Positions 61,859-64,000 of a stretch of 64,000 bases of DNA are shown in pieces. Under the pieces are notes generated by a model. That model did no database searches. It was given only the letters and a program-made list of their open reading frames with translations, and had not been told where the DNA came from. The translations under genes and the position numbers were made by a program. This DNA is from Gammaproteobacteria bacterium (GTDB lineage Bacteria; Pseudomonadota; Gammaproteobacteria; Natronospirales; REEB76): the NCBI GenBank assembly GCA_035279405.1, contig DATEHU010000026.1, forward strand, positions 194,147 to 258,146, written 5' to 3'. Position 1 is the stretch's first letter; each line of letters starts with the position of its first letter.

Positions 61859-62167
61859 ATGAGTCTGAAGAGCCGCTATCGCCTCATGCGCATACGCAGC
61901 CGAACAGGCGGTGGAAGCGTGCGCCGGCTGGCGTCCATGGTGTTGCTGATGGCCGTTGCCGCATTGGTAATGGTCACCGGGCTGGTTGTAGTCGTTGCGC
62001 TGTTTTTTGCAGCGGCGGTGGTCGTGTCGGTCCTTTTTATCTGGAGTCGGCTGCGCCGGGTGGATTCGCGCCGCCGGAAGAGAACCGGACGCCACGCTGG
62101 AGTCACCCTCGAGGGCGAATACACAATCGAAAGCCCGGATTCGGACCGGCACGATTCCAAGCGGTGA
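61859..62167 (+). CDS. Hypothetical small membrane protein with Arg-rich flanks
   Basis: ATG 61859 lies 1 nt after the GT9 stop. The hydrophobic core is MVLLMAVAALVMVTGLVVVVALFFAAAVVVSVLFIW. No family was recognised. It could be spurious. Confidence 0.35.
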   Translation: MSLKSRYRLMRIRSRTGGGSVRRLASMVLLMAVAALVMVTGLVVVVALFFAAAVVVSVLFIWSRLRRVDSRRRKRTGRHAGVTLEGEYTIESPDSDRHDSKR

Positions 62168-62217
62168 ATCAACTTACGCCGCCGGCGCGCAGGCCCGGCG
62201 CACCAGTGCAGGCCCAC

Positions 62218-62538
62218 TCAATCCCAGCGATCGTCCTTGACCTGCACCATGCCTTCATGCACGCGCACCGGAAAAGTCGCCACCGGTTCATAAGCGGGCG
62301 GGGCGAGCACCTCTCCGGTGAGAATGTCGAACTGGGCGCCGTGGCGCGGGCAGGTAATCACCTTGCCCTCGACGGTGCCGCCGGTGAGGATGCCGCCGTC
62401 GTGGGTGCAGACATCTTCGATGGCATGGAACGCGCCGTCCACGTTGAAGACGGCGATCAGCACGTCATTGATGTCTATGGTTTTGTGTTGGCCCGGCGGG
62501 ATTTCTTCCACCGAGCCGACGTTCACCCATTCGGCCAT
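62218..62538 (-). CDS. Rieske [2Fe-2S] ferredoxin-like protein
   Basis: Track ORF trimmed to ATG 62538. The Rieske ligand motifs are CTHDG and CPRHG. The gene is last in the suf-like operon. Confidence 0.85.
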   Translation of the reverse strand: MAEWVNVGSVEEIPPGQHKTIDINDVLIAVFNVDGAFHAIEDVCTHDGGILTGGTVEGKVITCPRHGAQFDILTGEVLAPPAYEPVATFPVRVHEGMVQVKDDRWD

Positions 62539-62557
62539 GGTTAAACTCCGGTGTTCG

Positions 62558-63103
62558 TCAATACATGCCAAGCTGCAGCTTGGCTTCGTCCGACATCATG
62601 CCGCGGTTCCAGGGCGGATCAAACACGATCTCGACATGCGCCTGTTTCACGGACGGCACGGACTCGAGTTTCTCCTTGACGTCGCGTGACAGCACTTCGC
62701 CCATGCCGCAGCCGGGCGCGGTGAGCGTCATTTTAACGTCCACGCGCTTGCCGCCCTCCGGCAGATCGTTGAGCTTGCATTCGTACACCAGCCCCAGGTC
62801 CACCACGTTGATGGGTATCTCGGGGTCGTAGCAGGTCTTCATCTGCTCCCAGACGAGCTTCTCCACGTCACTTTCGCTGTGGTTTGCGGGCAGCGTGGGC
62901 TGCTCGGGCGGATCGAGGCCGAGCGCATCGGCATCCTCGCCGGCAACGCGGAACAGGTTGCCCTCGACGTACACGGTGAAGCTCCCGCCCAGCGATTGCG
63001 TGACGTTCAGAATGATGCCTTCGGGCAGGATCACCTCGTTGCCCGAGGGCACCATGCGTGCCTTGCAGGCGCGTCGCAGCGGGATGGGCGTGCGATCGTA
63101 CAT
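62558..63103 (-). CDS. sufT: SufT-like Fe-S assembly protein (DUF59/MIP18 family)
   Basis: Track ORF trimmed to ATG 63103. Supporting strings are CYDPEIPINVVDLGLVY and MTLTAPGCGMG. Confidence 0.82.
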   Translation of the reverse strand: MYDRTPIPLRRACKARMVPSGNEVILPEGIILNVTQSLGGSFTVYVEGNLFRVAGEDADALGLDPPEQPTLPANHSESDVEKLVWEQMKTCYDPEIPINVVDLGLVYECKLNDLPEGGKRVDVKMTLTAPGCGMGEVLSRDVKEKLESVPSVKQAHVEIVFDPPWNRGMMSDEAKLQLGMY

Positions 63104-63105
63104 GG

Positions 63106-63564
63106 CTATTCGGTGGACACTTCGGCGGGCCGCGCTTGGGCGGGGGGCCGCAATGCGGCATTCAAGGCGTGCCAGCACAGGCTCGCGCACTTCACACGCG
63201 ATGGATATTCGCTTACGCCGGAGAGCGCAGCGAGATTGCCCAGTGCTTCCAGATCAAGGTTCTGGCCGTCTCCGGTAAGCAGCGCGCGCATCCGGCCAAA
63301 GAGCTGTTCGGCTTCCCGAATAGTCTTGCCCTTGACGTTCTGGCTCATCAACGAGGCCGAGGCAACCGAGATCGCACAGCCGGAGCCTTCGAAGCTCACA
63401 TCGCTGATGCGGTCACCGTCCAGCTTGAGATACAGCATGAGCTTGTCGCCGCACAGCGGGTTGAAGCCTTCCTGGGTGCGCGTGGCGTCGGGCAGCTTGC
63501 GGAAATTGCGCGGACTGCGGTTGTGATCCACGATCACGTCCTGATAAAGCTCCCTGAGGTCCAT
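63106..63564 (-). CDS. sufU: SUF-system NifU/IscU-like scaffold/sulfur-transfer protein SufU
   Basis: The N-terminus is MDLRELYQDVIVDHNRSPRNF. Also present are NPLCGD, GSGCAIS and RVKCASL. Confidence 0.88.
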   Translation of the reverse strand: MDLRELYQDVIVDHNRSPRNFRKLPDATRTQEGFNPLCGDKLMLYLKLDGDRISDVSFEGSGCAISVASASLMSQNVKGKTIREAEQLFGRMRALLTGDGQNLDLEALGNLAALSGVSEYPSRVKCASLCWHALNAALRPPAQARPAEVSTE

Positions 63565-64000
63565 CAGCGGAACACCTCACGCACTTTGCCGAGCGCCGCG
63601 ACCAGCGCATTGATGTCCTCGCGAGTGTTGTAAAAGGCCAGCGAGGCGCGCGCGGTGGCGGGGATGCCGAAGCGCTCCATTACGGGCATGGCGCAGTGGT
63701 GGCCGGTACGGATCGCCACGCCCTCCTGGTCCACGATGGTGCCGATGTCATGCGGGTGGATGCCGTCCATGACGAAGGACAGCACGCCGACCTTGGTCGG
63801 CGCCGTGCCCACGAGTTTGAGGCCGTGGACGCGCCGCAGGTGCTCGCTGCCGTAGTCCAGCAGTTCCTGATCGTGGCGCGCAATGCGCTCCATGCCGATG
63901 TTCTGCAGATAATCCACGGCCGCGCCCAGGCCGATGGCGCCGGCAATGTGGGGCGTGCCGGCTTCGAATTTGTGCGGCAGCTCGTTCCAGGTACTTCCCG
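63564..64000 (-). CDS. sufS: Cysteine desulfurase SufS, partial (N-terminus beyond window edge)
   Basis: My own translation to the edge is GSTWNELPHKFEAGTPHIAGAIGLGAAVDYLQNIG...AIRTGHHCAMPVMERFGIPATARASLAFYNT. The active-site Cys lies in HHCA. Confidence 0.9.
   Translation of the reverse strand, partial: GSTWNELPHKFEAGTPHIAGAIGLGAAVDYLQNIGMERIARHDQELLDYGSEHLRRVHGLKLVGTAPTKVGVLSFVMDGIHPHDIGTIVDQEGVAIRTGHHCAMPVMERFGIPATARASLAFYNTREDINALVAALGKVREVFR

Overview
High-GC (roughly 60-65% by eye) chromosomal segment of an unidentified gammaproteobacterium. I call 59 protein-coding genes (two run off the window edges), one tRNA-Ser(UGA), three gene remnants, three intrinsic terminators and several short-repeat families. 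I found no rRNA, CRISPR array, prophage or complete IS. Most of the window is core housekeeping DNA in four blocks: (1) mfd / aguBA / lolCD; (2) comEC-exbBD-msbA-lpxK-ycaR-kdsB-PTP; (3) rne / rluC, maf, yceD-rpmF-plsX-fabH; (4) clpS-clpA / infA-ate-aat ... trxB, ald, ftsK-lolA-vanZ-rarA-serS, rnk, tRNA-Ser. A suf operon tail (Rieske-sufT-sufU-sufS) ends the window. These blocks mirror, in compressed form, gene orders of the E. coli 20-25 min region. The unusual material sits at the seams between blocks. (a) A 2.5-kb low-GC islet (cupin, XRE regulator, REP-flanked RAYT transposase, orphan lipoprotein) is bracketed by a ~107-bp duplication of the mfd 3' end. (b) A fatty-acid desaturase is flanked by two Crp/Fnr paralogues, with a remnant of a third copy, a MITE-like element and a C11 homopolymer tract nearby. 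(c) An 11-kb block between fabH and clpS carries only gspC-D-E-F of a type II secretion system, followed by a beta-barrel OMP, a 1064-aa BNR/sortilin-like protein and a lipoprotein hydrolase. (d) An uncharacterised FemAB-like/DUF482 gene lies beside the ClpS/ClpA/Aat/Ate N-degron genes. (e) Heptanucleotide arrays (NGTGAGG)n occur at three loci. Two of them, in inverted orientation, bracket a palindromic element inside the gspE-gspF spacer. (f) Duplicated tRNA-Ser fragments lie just downstream of the tRNA. I see no clear complete novel multi-gene system. The candidates above are hypotheses from reading the sequence and remembered family signatures. No searches were run. Many long ORFs in the supplied track are antisense shadows of real genes and were discarded.
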